A program made the position numbers and the translations under genes. Source: a virus (lineage: Duplodnaviria > Caudoviricetes). Taken from it: a stretch of DNA of 64,000 bases. The DNA lies in IMG/VR virus record IMGVR_UViG_3300049979_000170, positions 1 to 64,000 of that record; one strand, given 5' to 3'. Of this stretch, positions 1-8,799 are shown piece by piece; position 1 is the first letter of the stretch; each line of letters opens with the position of its first letter. The notes below the pieces were generated by a model. The model was given only the letters and a program-made list of their open reading frames with translations. It searched no databases and was not told the DNA's origin.

Positions 1-85
1 GTGACAATTCTATTTATGTCAGACACCACAAACGGCTGTCAAATGGTTTTTTACGATTTCCGAGATTTTTTCGTTCGACCGATTT

Positions 86-340
86 TCAGGACCAGCACAT
101 GCGCCATTCCAGTGCCGTGTCGTCGTCAAAAATGAGCGCACACAGGAAGTATTCTACGAACCCCCTGACAACGTGCACCTCCGTGTGGATGGGAATCATC
201 CGCTCCCGGAGCCATGCAAGGTATTCCTCCGTGGCGCCCTTATCGATGGTCGCGACGATCCAGACGCCAGGGTGCCGGTCAAGCGTACCCAAGCCTCGAC
301 CCTCGGCATAGTACTCATGCTTGGGCTGCGGATCGCCCAC
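86..340 (-). CDS. FKMRW-motif small protein
   Basis: 84 aa, ends IFDDDTALEWRMCWS. Confidence 0.8.
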   Translation of the reverse strand: MGDPQPKHEYYAEGRGLGTLDRHPGVWIVATIDKGATEEYLAWLRERMIPIHTEVHVVRGFVEYFLCALIFDDDTALEWRMCWS

Positions 341-341
341 G

Positions 342-626
342 TTATTCCTCGGGAAAGTCGAGAGGGCGGAACAGCGGCCGGGTCCAGTCGCGCTCTGCTT
401 CGACCGAGGTGAGCCCCTGATCGATTACGGCCCTCTGAATGTAGCCGAGCCAGCGGCAGAGCTTGCGATCGGGGAGGCCATCGACGCAGCCGTTGATGAA
501 CTCGGTGCTGAACGTGAACAACGGGGTGTTCTCGTCCTCACCGGATTCGATCAACATGAAGTGGTATCGCTGGCCGCATTTCAGAAGAGCTTCGTGGTAG
601 GCGGTCATCTCGGATTTCTGATTCAT
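342..626 (-). CDS. hypothetical phage protein
   Basis: 94-aa ORF abutting the downstream gene, protein-like composition. Confidence 0.7.
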   Translation of the reverse strand: MNQKSEMTAYHEALLKCGQRYHFMLIESGEDENTPLFTFSTEFINGCVDGLPDRKLCRWLGYIQRAVIDQGLTSVEAERDWTRPLFRPLDFPEE

Positions 627-728
627 CCTGTTAACCCTGTTGTGATCGACGGAGATTCATGGATTGACGGATACGATGATTCGATGCATATTGTGATGGT
701 CAGGGCAGCACAGAGCCACGGTGAAACG

Positions 729-893
729 ATGAACGATTTTCTTGTCGAAGTAACGGTGGACGGTAAATCCAATGCTGGTACGCGCCGATACCATCAGGTT
801 GATGCGCAGGAGGTTGCTGAGAAGCTTCTTCTAGCTCTCGAAGAGGCTGGCCTCTACGATGTTTTGGTTCGAGCGGTTCCTGCTCAAGATTGA
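729..893 (+). CDS. small hypothetical protein (MNDFLVEV..., 54 aa)
   Basis: ATG at 729 downstream of a TTGACG-N17-CATATT promoter-like element near 664-692. Confidence 0.5.
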   Translation: MNDFLVEVTVDGKSNAGTRRYHQVDAQEVAEKLLLALEEAGLYDVLVRAVPAQD

Positions 894-899
894 ACATCA

Positions 900-1120
900 A
901 CCCGCATGGAGCGTCGCGATGGTGGGATTTCATAAGACCTATCTCGAATCCGTACACGGGTGAGCCGTGTATAAAGCCGGAAGGCACCACCGATAGAATG
1001 CGATAACAGTGGAGTAGAGCATGAACCATCCGGATAAGACGTACGATTCCGCCGGGCACGGGTGAGCCGTGCTAGGCGGAACAGTAAGATAAGGAAAGGC
1101 TCCCTCAGGGTTGAGCATTC
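900..1120. ncRNA. candidate structured RNA with a duplicated hairpin
   Basis: 15-mer CACGGGTGAGCCGTG at 955-969 and 1057-1071, each a stem with a GTGAG loop; outer stem TTCCGCC/GGCGGAA. Confidence 0.4.
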
Positions 1121-1304
1121 CTTCTACTCGACGACCGTACCCACCGGGCCTAACAACCCCAGACCCTCAACCTCGATGATGGAGACCATCATGATCGCCT
1201 TCCATAAAACAGTCCGAAAGCGGTAACCTACCCGCTGTGATAGATGAATGATCATACCATACCCGTACCAGCGCCTGATCCAAGAAATGGATCGGGTGCT
1301 TTTT

Positions 1305-1604
1305 TTATTCATAGATGGTCGAGCGATTGGTGGGCATCTCCTCGACGGGTTTCCCGCCCCACCGGAGCCGGAAATGGACCAAGCTGGGCTCGTCCTTGAA
1401 GAGCAGGAACACTCGGTAGGAGTTCCGTACGCCATCTCGATCGTGAATATACACCTCTCTCGCGATCATGCGGACATGGTCCTTCTCGAAGTGGTCTTTC
1501 CACCACTTCTCAACATTGGGCCGGATTTGCGGGTAACACCCCCCAGGCAGATGAACGTACTGCCACAGGCTGGTCATATGGATGTCGAGAATCGCCGTCG
1601 TCAT
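1305..1604 (-). CDS. FKMRW-motif small protein
   Basis: FKDEPSLVHFRLRWG plus short tail; ATGA overlap at 1601-1604. Confidence 0.8.
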   Translation of the reverse strand: MTTAILDIHMTSLWQYVHLPGGCYPQIRPNVEKWWKDHFEKDHVRMIAREVYIHDRDGVRNSYRVFLLFKDEPSLVHFRLRWGGKPVEEMPTNRSTIYE

Positions 1605-1858
1605 GTCCAGCGGGTCCGTGCCTCGAACGCGGCGACCGGGTCGATGATGCGGGCAAACAGCCATTCGAGATGATCACGACCCAGATAGACCGGAATCATC
1701 CGGTCTTTCAGCCATCGAATCGCGTCTTGATTCTGGGAAGCCTTGTGCAGGAACGCCATCTCGTACGTCCCGTTGTCGTCACAGGCCAGTAAACGAGTGG
1801 CACAATCGGATACCCACACGCCATCGCCCCGGAAGTCGATCAACGTCGTCTCCATCAT
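1601..1858 (-). CDS. FKMRW-motif small protein
   Basis: ends IIDPVAAFEARTRWT; ATGA-coupled. Confidence 0.8.
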   Translation of the reverse strand: MMETTLIDFRGDGVWVSDCATRLLACDDNGTYEMAFLHKASQNQDAIRWLKDRMIPVYLGRDHLEWLFARIIDPVAAFEARTRWT

Positions 1859-2112
1859 GTCCATCGCATCCGCCATTCCGCTGCCACCGCGTGGTCGAAG
1901 ATCATCCCCATCAGGGAGACAATCTCGACATCTCCGTCGATCATCAAATGCATGTACAGGGGGATACCACGCTGGGCGAACCAAGCGGCATATTCGAGTT
2001 CATCGTTCGGGTCCGGGAGCGTCCAGTAGTAGAACGCGCAGGTTAACCAAATATCTGGATACCGCATTGAGGGGGTCATGTGGAGGGTCTGGGACTTATT
2101 CCGAAACATCAT
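1855..2112 (-). CDS. FKMRW-motif small protein
   Basis: ends IFDHAVAAEWRMRWT. Confidence 0.85.
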   Translation of the reverse strand: MMFRNKSQTLHMTPSMRYPDIWLTCAFYYWTLPDPNDELEYAAWFAQRGIPLYMHLMIDGDVEIVSLMGMIFDHAVAAEWRMRWT

Positions 2113-2375
2113 GTCCAGCGCATCCTCCAGGCCATCGCCGTGGCGTCACTGAAGATGTGACCGATTAGGAAGAAGCGGTCGTGCAGGAACAGCGAGAGAC
2201 CCTGCTCGCGGAACCATGTGGCGTACTCAATCTGCCGTGGCACATCTGAGGCGTACATGAACATTCCGCAGGACAGCCACACACCGGGATGCGACTTGAT
2301 CCTACAGATGTATCGGGTGTCCGCCGCGTCCTTGAAGTGCGTTTCGGTGAACTGGAAAGTCATGTGGAAAGTCAT
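2109..2375 (-). CDS. FKMRW-motif small protein
   Basis: ends IFSDATAMAWRMRWT. Confidence 0.85.
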   Translation of the reverse strand: MTFHMTFQFTETHFKDAADTRYICRIKSHPGVWLSCGMFMYASDVPRQIEYATWFREQGLSLFLHDRFFLIGHIFSDATAMAWRMRWT

Positions 2376-2614
2376 GTCCCCCACCAGCGGGTCTTAAAGT
2401 GGAACGCGTCCGTCTCGCTCTGGAACCTCGCACCGATCTGCGTGTGCATGGTTAGCCCATAGACTTCCTGCGTTATGATCACCTCGACCGGGTGATCGAG
2501 ATTGTCCGCACACCATTCGGCTACATCGGGGCGAAGCATGAATGACCAGTGAAGTTGGTCAACCGTTTCCAGCCGGACCAACCCGGTTTCTGCAAGATTC
2601 AAGTCCACGCGCAT
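2372..2614 (-). CDS. FKMRW-motif small protein
   Basis: internal VAEWCADNL, ends FQSETDAFHFKTRWWGT. Confidence 0.85.
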   Translation of the reverse strand: MRVDLNLAETGLVRLETVDQLHWSFMLRPDVAEWCADNLDHPVEVIITQEVYGLTMHTQIGARFQSETDAFHFKTRWWGT

Positions 2615-2865
2615 CAGCGATCATCGCGGTCGCCCGGTACGCTCCAACGCATCCGATAGGCGAAGAAGACGTTCGGATCGAGCATCCAGGCGCAGTAGAT
2701 GCGCTCGCCCTCGCTGCCCTTCCAGGCCCCTCCGATGGTCTGACAGCCGTTCTGAGCGATCCAGTCGAGCCATTCCTGCTCGACTTCTTCCTCTCCCACG
2801 GCGAACTCCACCATCACCTGGGGCGGGGTGTCCTCATCATGGTCCTTGATCTGGTAGAACGCCAT
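2614..2865 (-). CDS. FKMRW-motif small protein
   Basis: LDPNVFFAYRMRWS; TGATG start at 2865. Confidence 0.8.
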   Translation of the reverse strand: MAFYQIKDHDEDTPPQVMVEFAVGEEEVEQEWLDWIAQNGCQTIGGAWKGSEGERIYCAWMLDPNVFFAYRMRWSVPGDRDDR

Positions 2866-3083
2866 CAGCACCACCTCAGACGGAACGCCAGGGCGGCGTC
2901 GGGATTCATGAACGTCAGCGCGCCGCCGGTTCCGACATAATCGACCCCGTCCCGGTACTGCTCCAGCCACGCTTGTACAAGCTGCCGATTCATCCACGCC
3001 TTCGACAGCGGGTCGGTTCGGTCCTTGATCAGTTGGAAATGGATCAAGCCAGTGTTCGGCCTGCTGACAAGCTTGTATCGCAT
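2865..3083 (-). CDS. FKMRW-motif small protein
   Basis: MRYKLVS...FMNPDAALAFRLRWC; TGATG-coupled. Confidence 0.85.
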   Translation of the reverse strand: MRYKLVSRPNTGLIHFQLIKDRTDPLSKAWMNRQLVQAWLEQYRDGVDYVGTGGALTFMNPDAALAFRLRWC

Positions 3084-3385
3084 CACTCGACCTTCAAGAT
3101 TTGGTCTTGCGCATGACTCGTTTTGAGTGTGGTGAAGACGCGCTGGCCGATGTAGTTGTAGATCAGCCGGACCACCACGAAGGCGTTCCCACTCGGCACG
3201 GCGACGTCCACGGCGACCCGTCCGCCGGGTACGGCCCTGCGATCGAAGATGTCCCTGTGCGCGTCCTCGATGCGCGGCACGATCGCGTCCAGCGCTTCCT
3301 GGGCGAAGACGTGATCGGGGTAGCGCTCTGCCAACCGCTCGAACGCGTGTGCGGACCAGTAATGCGGTCTCTGAAGTGTCATCAT
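3083..3385 (-). CDS. hypothetical protein with an HAFERLAER motif
   Basis: coupled at both ends; N-terminal SAHAFERLAERY. Confidence 0.7.
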   Translation of the reverse strand: MMTLQRPHYWSAHAFERLAERYPDHVFAQEALDAIVPRIEDAHRDIFDRRAVPGGRVAVDVAVPSGNAFVVVRLIYNYIGQRVFTTLKTSHAQDQILKVE

Positions 3386-3624
3386 CCCCACCGAATCTTG
3401 AACGCCACAGCATCTTCTTCGTTGCGGAATCCGAGCATACTCTGAGCCTTCTTCCATCGCCTCCGTGTGGGCGCGCCGAACTGATCCATGCACCATTCGA
3501 ACACCGCCCGCTTTTCCCGGCTGAGATTAGCGGGCTGAATGGGTCTCTTGACCGCGAACATCACGTACATGTGCTTGCCATTGTAGCACATGTTGCCGAC
3601 CCGAACGTAGCGAATATCTGTCAC
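3382..3624 (-). CDS. FKMRW-motif small protein
   Basis: VFEWCMDQFG...FRNEEDAVAFKIRWG; GTGA overlap. Confidence 0.85.
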   Translation of the reverse strand: MTDIRYVRVGNMCYNGKHMYVMFAVKRPIQPANLSREKRAVFEWCMDQFGAPTRRRWKKAQSMLGFRNEEDAVAFKIRWG

Positions 3625-3932
3625 TTCGACACCAACACAGGAGGGTGCTGGCGGTTCGCCTGGATCATCGCCTCGATCTGATCGGAGCGCTCCTTGGCGA
3701 TCTTCGAGACCAAGGCGAGATCGCCGAATCCCTTGGCCTGAGACATGTTCCCCCAGCGGAGCCGGTAGAGGTCCCACTCTTTGATGTCGTAGGAGAACTC
3801 CTCCTCCGGCGCGTAGGCGAACCGCGCCGGGGACGCGCCCTCGATCTGGAAATCCGGTTGCGGAAGCGGAACTCGCACGACGGCAGTCCAGAGGAATTGC
3901 GCCACCACCTCCGCCTTCAGCTTCTTCGCCAC
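3621..3932 (-). CDS. hypothetical protein
   Basis: first gene of the leftward operon; GGGG-rich RBS upstream. Confidence 0.7.
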   Translation of the reverse strand: MAKKLKAEVVAQFLWTAVVRVPLPQPDFQIEGASPARFAYAPEEEFSYDIKEWDLYRLRWGNMSQAKGFGDLALVSKIAKERSDQIEAMIQANRQHPPVLVSK

Positions 3933-4054
3933 GTCAACCCCCCTAAAACGGCTACCAAGAAAATAGTACGAACACGGTTAAGATAGCACTTGCACGCCCG
4001 TCACGGTATGCTAGAACGACTAGAACGGACTACCCGGACGGAGACACCCATACC

Positions 4055-4519
4055 GTGCTGACCATTTCCCCCGAGGCTATGCGCCTCTTTTCCCCGGCGA
4101 CCCAGAACGAACTGCTTGCCTACGCGGCGGGCAAGCTGATCGTCGATCCTACCCCGGCGTCCCCGACTAAGAAGGTTGATTACACCGGTATCAACATTGA
4201 AGTCGCCACCGACCTGACCCCGGCCATGGTGACGAAGTTCTTCTGGGTCTGCTCGGAAGAGTACAAGCAGGGCCTGCGCCTCTTTGCGGAAAAGGGTCCA
4301 ATCCTCGACTTCAACGAACTCGTCGCTATCGGGATCAAGCCGTCGCAGTTTCAGAGCCGTACCACCGTCCGCACCCGCTCGGTCACCCATGACCCGGAAT
4401 CCCGCCTCCTCGCCTGGGACGAGTGGACCCGCGACGATAATGGGCAGTACGCCAAGGGGAACTACGCGGTGACGATGATCACCTACCAATCCCTGCGCAA
4501 GCACTTCGGCCTCGACTAA
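4055..4519 (+). CDS. hypothetical protein
   Basis: 154 aa, GGAG RBS, GC3-rich codons, followed by a terminator hairpin. Confidence 0.8.
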   Translation: MLTISPEAMRLFSPATQNELLAYAAGKLIVDPTPASPTKKVDYTGINIEVATDLTPAMVTKFFWVCSEEYKQGLRLFAEKGPILDFNELVAIGIKPSQFQSRTTVRTRSVTHDPESRLLAWDEWTRDDNGQYAKGNYAVTMITYQSLRKHFGLD

Positions 4520-4524
4520 TCCGG

Positions 4525-4547
4525 GCGGGGCGGGAATCTCCCGCCCC
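4525..4547. terminator. hairpin between convergent genes
   Basis: GGGGCGGGA-ATC-TCCCGCCCC. Confidence 0.6.
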
Positions 4548-4550
4548 TCC

Positions 4551-4766
4551 TCAGGGGTGCGTGTCCAGCCACGCGTGGAATTCGCGTCTCCGCGTCTCCA
4601 TGTGTCGATCACGCTCGGCAACGGTACGATACTCATGATTGTTGAACGCGGAGACTTCTTCGACCCAACGAGCTTCGCGGTATCTCAGCCACATGCTGAC
4701 GGGAAACGCCAGACAGATAGAGACGAAGAAAGCTATTCCGAGAAAGTTGAGTAGGGCCTCGACCAT
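4551..4766 (-). CDS. small membrane protein
   Basis: N-terminal hydrophobic helix LLNFLGIAFFVSICLAFPVSMW. Confidence 0.7.
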   Translation of the reverse strand: MVEALLNFLGIAFFVSICLAFPVSMWLRYREARWVEEVSAFNNHEYRTVAERDRHMETRRREFHAWLDTHP

Positions 4767-5041
4767 CACTCGTCGTCCACCACGGTGACGCTGCCCTGGG
4801 CGCGTCCGTTCCAGTGCTTGGCTACCGCGTCCGCATCGGCCTTGTCGGCGACGTAGAACGTCTCTCCGCCCGAGATCGACCACCGTGCCGCATTGAGGCC
4901 GAACTTCGAGTAGGCCCAATCGTAGATTTTCTGAAGGTTCTCGTCCGTGCTGGTCACCGTGATGGAGTAGCCGTAGCCTTCCATCTTGGTCTGGGCGACC
5001 TCGACAACGATCGGGGGAAGTTCGGTGCTCTGAGTGGTCAT
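4766..5041 (-). CDS. divergent FKMRW-family-like small protein
   Basis: IYDWAYSKFG...RWS...FYVADKADADAVAKHW matches the family layout. Confidence 0.7.
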   Translation of the reverse strand: MTTQSTELPPIVVEVAQTKMEGYGYSITVTSTDENLQKIYDWAYSKFGLNAARWSISGGETFYVADKADADAVAKHWNGRAQGSVTVVDDE

Positions 5042-5153
5042 GCTGGTCTCCGTTGCTGGTCTCCTCGTTATAAGCCAAAACGTTAGAGAGTCAATAGGTT
5101 TTCGTCGAACTAAATCCGTTGACCAAAATGTTTTCCTGCGCCACATCTGGGGA

Positions 5154-6011
5154 ATGAATTATCTCGAACGCCTGAACCGCTCGATCCGTGCCACGGGTAA
5201 ACGCTACGCCAGGGGCGAGGTTACCGAGGCGGAGATGCGCGCGGCGCGCTCCCGTGTGGAGCGGTTGAAGAACCGTATCCTCTGGGTGCAGCAACGCAAC
5301 CGGCGCCGCGAGCGTCTAGCCTCGGTCCGCCGTGCGATCGAGCGGGTCCGCGCCTGTGTGAACGAGGGTGGTCGGATGACCTCCTATGACACCGAGTACG
5401 TGAACGACGGCCCGGTGCAGCAGCTTGGGATCACCGTGTGGGAAAACCACGTGATGACCACCACAACGTACACGACACCGCACTTCGACCGCGCGGTGGT
5501 CATTAAGGGCCTCTATGGGGTGGATGAGATTCGTTCGTCCGGGGAGATGCGCGAGATCGCTCAGTCTCTCTACCGACGCGACGCGATTCAGGTGTTCCAC
5601 GCCGCTCAGGTGGAGTTCACCAAGCTCGGGCTGACCTCGACGAACGCCTACTACGTGGATACTGCCCGGATCGGCCACGTGTTCTACGCAAAGGCCAACA
5701 TCCCCGGACTGGACAAACTCTGTGCGCGCTATGGGATCGTCCCCACGGGCCAGCACAACGCGGGCAACGACTCCCGCTACACCATGGAGGTTCTACTGGC
5801 GATGGCCGCCGACCCTGCCTGGGACACCCCGGAGACCCGTTCGGGTGAATGGTCCGACCGGCTCAACGCAATCGAGAAGTTCGCGCCCACGCGATTCCCG
5901 CCACTACTCCCGAGCGAGATCAAGCAGCGCCGCCGGGCTCTCCTGGCGCGGATGCGGTCAGAGATGCAGGCAACGCCCACATCGACCCACCCTGATAGGT
6001 CACCCGGATAG
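5154..6011 (+). CDS. DEDDh 3'-5' exonuclease-fold protein (Gfd2/YDR514C-like) with a basic helical N-terminus
   Basis: SYDTEY (ExoI-like), VFH, HNAGNDSRYT (ExoIII-like). Confidence 0.65.
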   Translation: MNYLERLNRSIRATGKRYARGEVTEAEMRAARSRVERLKNRILWVQQRNRRRERLASVRRAIERVRACVNEGGRMTSYDTEYVNDGPVQQLGITVWENHVMTTTTYTTPHFDRAVVIKGLYGVDEIRSSGEMREIAQSLYRRDAIQVFHAAQVEFTKLGLTSTNAYYVDTARIGHVFYAKANIPGLDKLCARYGIVPTGQHNAGNDSRYTMEVLLAMAADPAWDTPETRSGEWSDRLNAIEKFAPTRFPPLLPSEIKQRRRALLARMRSEMQATPTSTHPDRSPG

Positions 6012-6297
6012 GCTCGGGGCCGTCATTCATCTCGATGATCCCGGCGTTCCAGGCCACGCGGAGTTCGACCGCCGCGTCGGCGTCGAACGGAATGTCGATC
6101 TGGGCGAAATGCATATTGTCGGAGCCGAAACACACCTCCAGGCACCGACCCCGCGTGACGAACCACTCCTTCATGTCGTCGGTGATCCTGGCGGGGTCGA
6201 ACATCCCACAGGCCCGGAACCAATCGAAATTCTCGGACAGCGGAAATATCCACAGACGATTCCGATTGGCACTGAAGTCGAGATTCTTAAGTTTCAC
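5920..6297 (-). CDS. hypothetical protein, degenerate FKMRW-like motif
   Basis: PFDADAAVELRVAW; GTGA overlap with the upstream gene. Confidence 0.6.
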   Translation of the reverse strand: MKLKNLDFSANRNRLWIFPLSENFDWFRACGMFDPARITDDMKEWFVTRGRCLEVCFGSDNMHFAQIDIPFDADAAVELRVAWNAGIIEMNDGPEPIRVTYQGGSMWALPASLTASAPGEPGGAA

Positions 6298-6581
6298 AGC
6301 CACCTCATCTTGAATTCGAACGCCTGTTCGGGAGTATCGAAGGCCAGATTCCATCCGATAGGCATCCTCAAGTTGATACTTCCAGGGAAATGTGCATAAC
6401 TTTCTCCATATTCGACTTTGAATCCAGCCTCCTTCAGCCAGCCCTCAACGAGATCGTAGTTCAACATCTCGGTGTCGCGACCTTTACCGAAGACTTTCCA
6501 GAATTGATCGTCGTTCAATTCGAGAAGATTCGGCTTTGTGATCGGATCAACGTCGTCGGTAAAAATTAGGTACTCTGACAT
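6294..6581 (-). CDS. FKMRW-motif small protein
   Basis: ends FDTPEQAFEFKMRWL. Confidence 0.85.
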   Translation of the reverse strand: MSEYLIFTDDVDPITKPNLLELNDDQFWKVFGKGRDTEMLNYDLVEGWLKEAGFKVEYGESYAHFPGSINLRMPIGWNLAFDTPEQAFEFKMRWL

Positions 6582-6850
6582 CAGGTCCACCGCATCCGGA
6601 ACGCCAGGGCGAGATCGGGGCAGGCGAACGCCACACCACCGTACTGCATCCGCGCCCATCGGGAATTCTCTCCCGCCAAGGTCGAGGTCTCGTTCCAGGC
6701 CGGGCCGAACTGATCCCGGCACCACTGGATCACCTCGCCCCGCTGGGCCGAAGTTGGAAGCTCCGGAACCCCTGTGGGTCGATAGATCAGGTTGAACGAT
6801 GTTTCGGAAAGTTTTTCATCGAACACCTGATGGTAACGGACCTCGTTCAT
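6581..6850 (-). CDS. FKMRW-motif small protein
   Basis: VIQWCRDQFG...FACPDLALAFRMRWT. Confidence 0.85.
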   Translation of the reverse strand: MNEVRYHQVFDEKLSETSFNLIYRPTGVPELPTSAQRGEVIQWCRDQFGPAWNETSTLAGENSRWARMQYGGVAFACPDLALAFRMRWT

Positions 6851-7065
6851 GCCCACCTCATCTTGAAAGCGAACGCCGTATCGGGATCGTTGAAGTGGAA
6901 CGAGTACTTGCCCTCGTTCGTGCGATCGAACAGGAAGTGGTAGAAGAAATCGCCCTTGTACTGACGACTGCGCGCCCAATACAAAGATTCTCCCATCCGA
7001 TCGTGCGGGACATCGACCCGATGCGGAAGCCTGTTGAGATCGGCCCTCGATACGAGCAGCGCCAT
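6847..7065 (-). CDS. FKMRW-motif small protein
   Basis: ends FNDPDTAFAFKMRWA. Confidence 0.85.
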   Translation of the reverse strand: MALLVSRADLNRLPHRVDVPHDRMGESLYWARSRQYKGDFFYHFLFDRTNEGKYSFHFNDPDTAFAFKMRWA

Positions 7066-7361
7066 TACACCCACCGGAGCTTGAATTCTATCACCTGCTG
7101 AGGCGTGCTGAAATAGACCGTCGCGTTCATCCCGCCCCAATTGGCTACCGTCCACGGCGCGATGATGTCGCCGCAATCGATCGCCTCGATCGGGCGGCCG
7201 AATCGCTCACGGCACCACGTGCTGATCTCCGCAAATCGAGCCCGGTCAGATTCAAGAGATTCATCATCGAAACCGATCCGGGTGATCACGGAGAAACACC
7301 CGCACCAATCCCGACCGATATGACGGAAGTACGTACTATCATACTGCTTGATAGTGATCAC
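7065..7361 (-). CDS. FKMRW-motif small protein
   Basis: ISTWCRERFG...FSTPQQVIEFKLRWV. Confidence 0.85.
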   Translation of the reverse strand: MITIKQYDSTYFRHIGRDWCGCFSVITRIGFDDESLESDRARFAEISTWCRERFGRPIEAIDCGDIIAPWTVANWGGMNATVYFSTPQQVIEFKLRWV

Positions 7362-7816
7362 ACCCACCTCAGCTTGAATTCGAGCGCCTGATCGGACGTA
7401 CGAAAATAGATCGCACACGCCGAGGAAAGGAAGTCGTTCACCGCCCAATTCACGGGGTAGTCCCGGTCAAAATGCATGGGTTCGCTGAATCTCTCCCGGC
7501 ACCATTCGGTGATCTCCCGAAAGACCCTGTCGTCCGAGTCAGACCATCCGAATACACGCGGGCGCGTCATCAAAAATCGCGCCACCCATTCGACATTTCT
7601 GTATCGGAACGGTGAGACGACGCCATTGCGCACGTACGGGTCGATCTGCAACACCTTAACGGCCACGTCTAACTCCATCTCAAGGCAATGGTCGCAGAAA
7701 GCGATGAGATGGTCATCGACCCTTCGGTCATACCCAGGCTTAGGACGGGAAGGTCGGTGCTGTTTCTTGCATGATAACATGGATTCGGTGTAGCACGAGA
7801 CCCGTATCAGAGCCAT
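7358..7816 (-). CDS. FKMRW-motif small protein (start uncertain)
   Basis: ITEWCRERFS...FRTSDQALEFKLRWV; close paralog of 7065-7361. Confidence 0.8.
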   Translation of the reverse strand: MALIRVSCYTESMLSCKKQHRPSRPKPGYDRRVDDHLIAFCDHCLEMELDVAVKVLQIDPYVRNGVVSPFRYRNVEWVARFLMTRPRVFGWSDSDDRVFREITEWCRERFSEPMHFDRDYPVNWAVNDFLSSACAIYFRTSDQALEFKLRWV

Positions 7817-7834
7817 CGGCTACACCGGAAATGG

Positions 7835-8674
7835 TTACCAAGGGATATTGTTTGCTTTCTTGTAAACGAAGTTCGGACCGAAGTTAGCCCTAATCGTACC
7901 CGACCCATCGATTGAGGCCGCCGGAAATACCGTTCGACCAGCAGGCATTTTAGCTGTGGTCGAGAGCGACGTAACTGCCGGAGTTCCATTGAGATAGAAT
8001 TGAACGTTTCTGCCGTCCCACTCTATTCCGACAATAGAACCATTCGTGGCCCGATTCAGAGAAGAAGAAATCGTAGAGACGCCTTGATAAAGGATGGTGT
8101 CGTATGGAGAATATCCAGGGTAACCCTGATCGATAAAGTTTCCGTTGAAAGAAACATTACTATCCACGAGTCCAACTCGAATGTTCAATGAGCTTACATT
8201 CAACTCAACATACCAAGGCTTTGCCACACTCGCGTTGCTAGAAAGCTGACCATTCGTCCCGGCCACCGTTCTCCAAGTTGACGCAGAATTGGTTGCGGTG
8301 AGGTTGTTATTCGACAACGTAATACCGCTGCCGCGCTTCAGAGGGTCAAACGTGGCAATTCCTGAAAGCGTGGTAACGCCCAGAGGGGCAGATGCACTTC
8401 CAAATCCATACCGGTTCACTCCCCGAACACGAACCTGATATGTGGTGGAACTAGATAGGTTCAAGATTGTCCGATCCGCCGGGAGAGTCACCCAAGGACC
8501 ATTGTTGAGAGAATACTGGTACGTCGTGTTTGGTGTAAGAACGAATACCAGGGTCGCCGAAGCTGCCGTTACTCCTGTAGTTGATACCGATGTAATCACC
8601 GTAGGCAAGACGTACGGAAGCTTGACGTTGATACGTCCGGTCGGAGAAAATCCGCCAATAATCTTTAGACTCAT
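7835..8674 (-). CDS. fibronectin type III + SPRY/B30.2-like virion-associated protein, copy 1
   Basis: LSSSTTYQVRVRGVNRYG (FN3); FDPLKRGSGITLSNNNLTA...WYVEL...VFPAAS...NFG (SPRY). Confidence 0.75.
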   Translation of the reverse strand: MSLKIIGGFSPTGRINVKLPYVLPTVITSVSTTGVTAASATLVFVLTPNTTYQYSLNNGPWVTLPADRTILNLSSSTTYQVRVRGVNRYGFGSASAPLGVTTLSGIATFDPLKRGSGITLSNNNLTATNSASTWRTVAGTNGQLSSNASVAKPWYVELNVSSLNIRVGLVDSNVSFNGNFIDQGYPGYSPYDTILYQGVSTISSSLNRATNGSIVGIEWDGRNVQFYLNGTPAVTSLSTTAKMPAGRTVFPAASIDGSGTIRANFGPNFVYKKANNIPW

Positions 8675-8799
8675 AATTTACTCCGAATATAGGTGATTTA
8701 TTTAAGGAAATATACAAAGAGCATACTACAACGTTAAAAATTACCAGGATATATTTTTGGAAAATTCCTTGTCAAACGCCAGTGAATTTCCCAAAAATC

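Noticed and set aside
960-1000. Group II intron domain V (GAGCCG...)
   Set aside because: The downstream sequence does not form the 34-nt D5 hairpin, and there is no D6 or maturase.
3621-3932. LYRLRWG as an FKMRW-family motif
   Set aside because: It is internal, lacks the preceding F-x(4-5)-A pattern and the WC-x-E-x-FG core; not counted.
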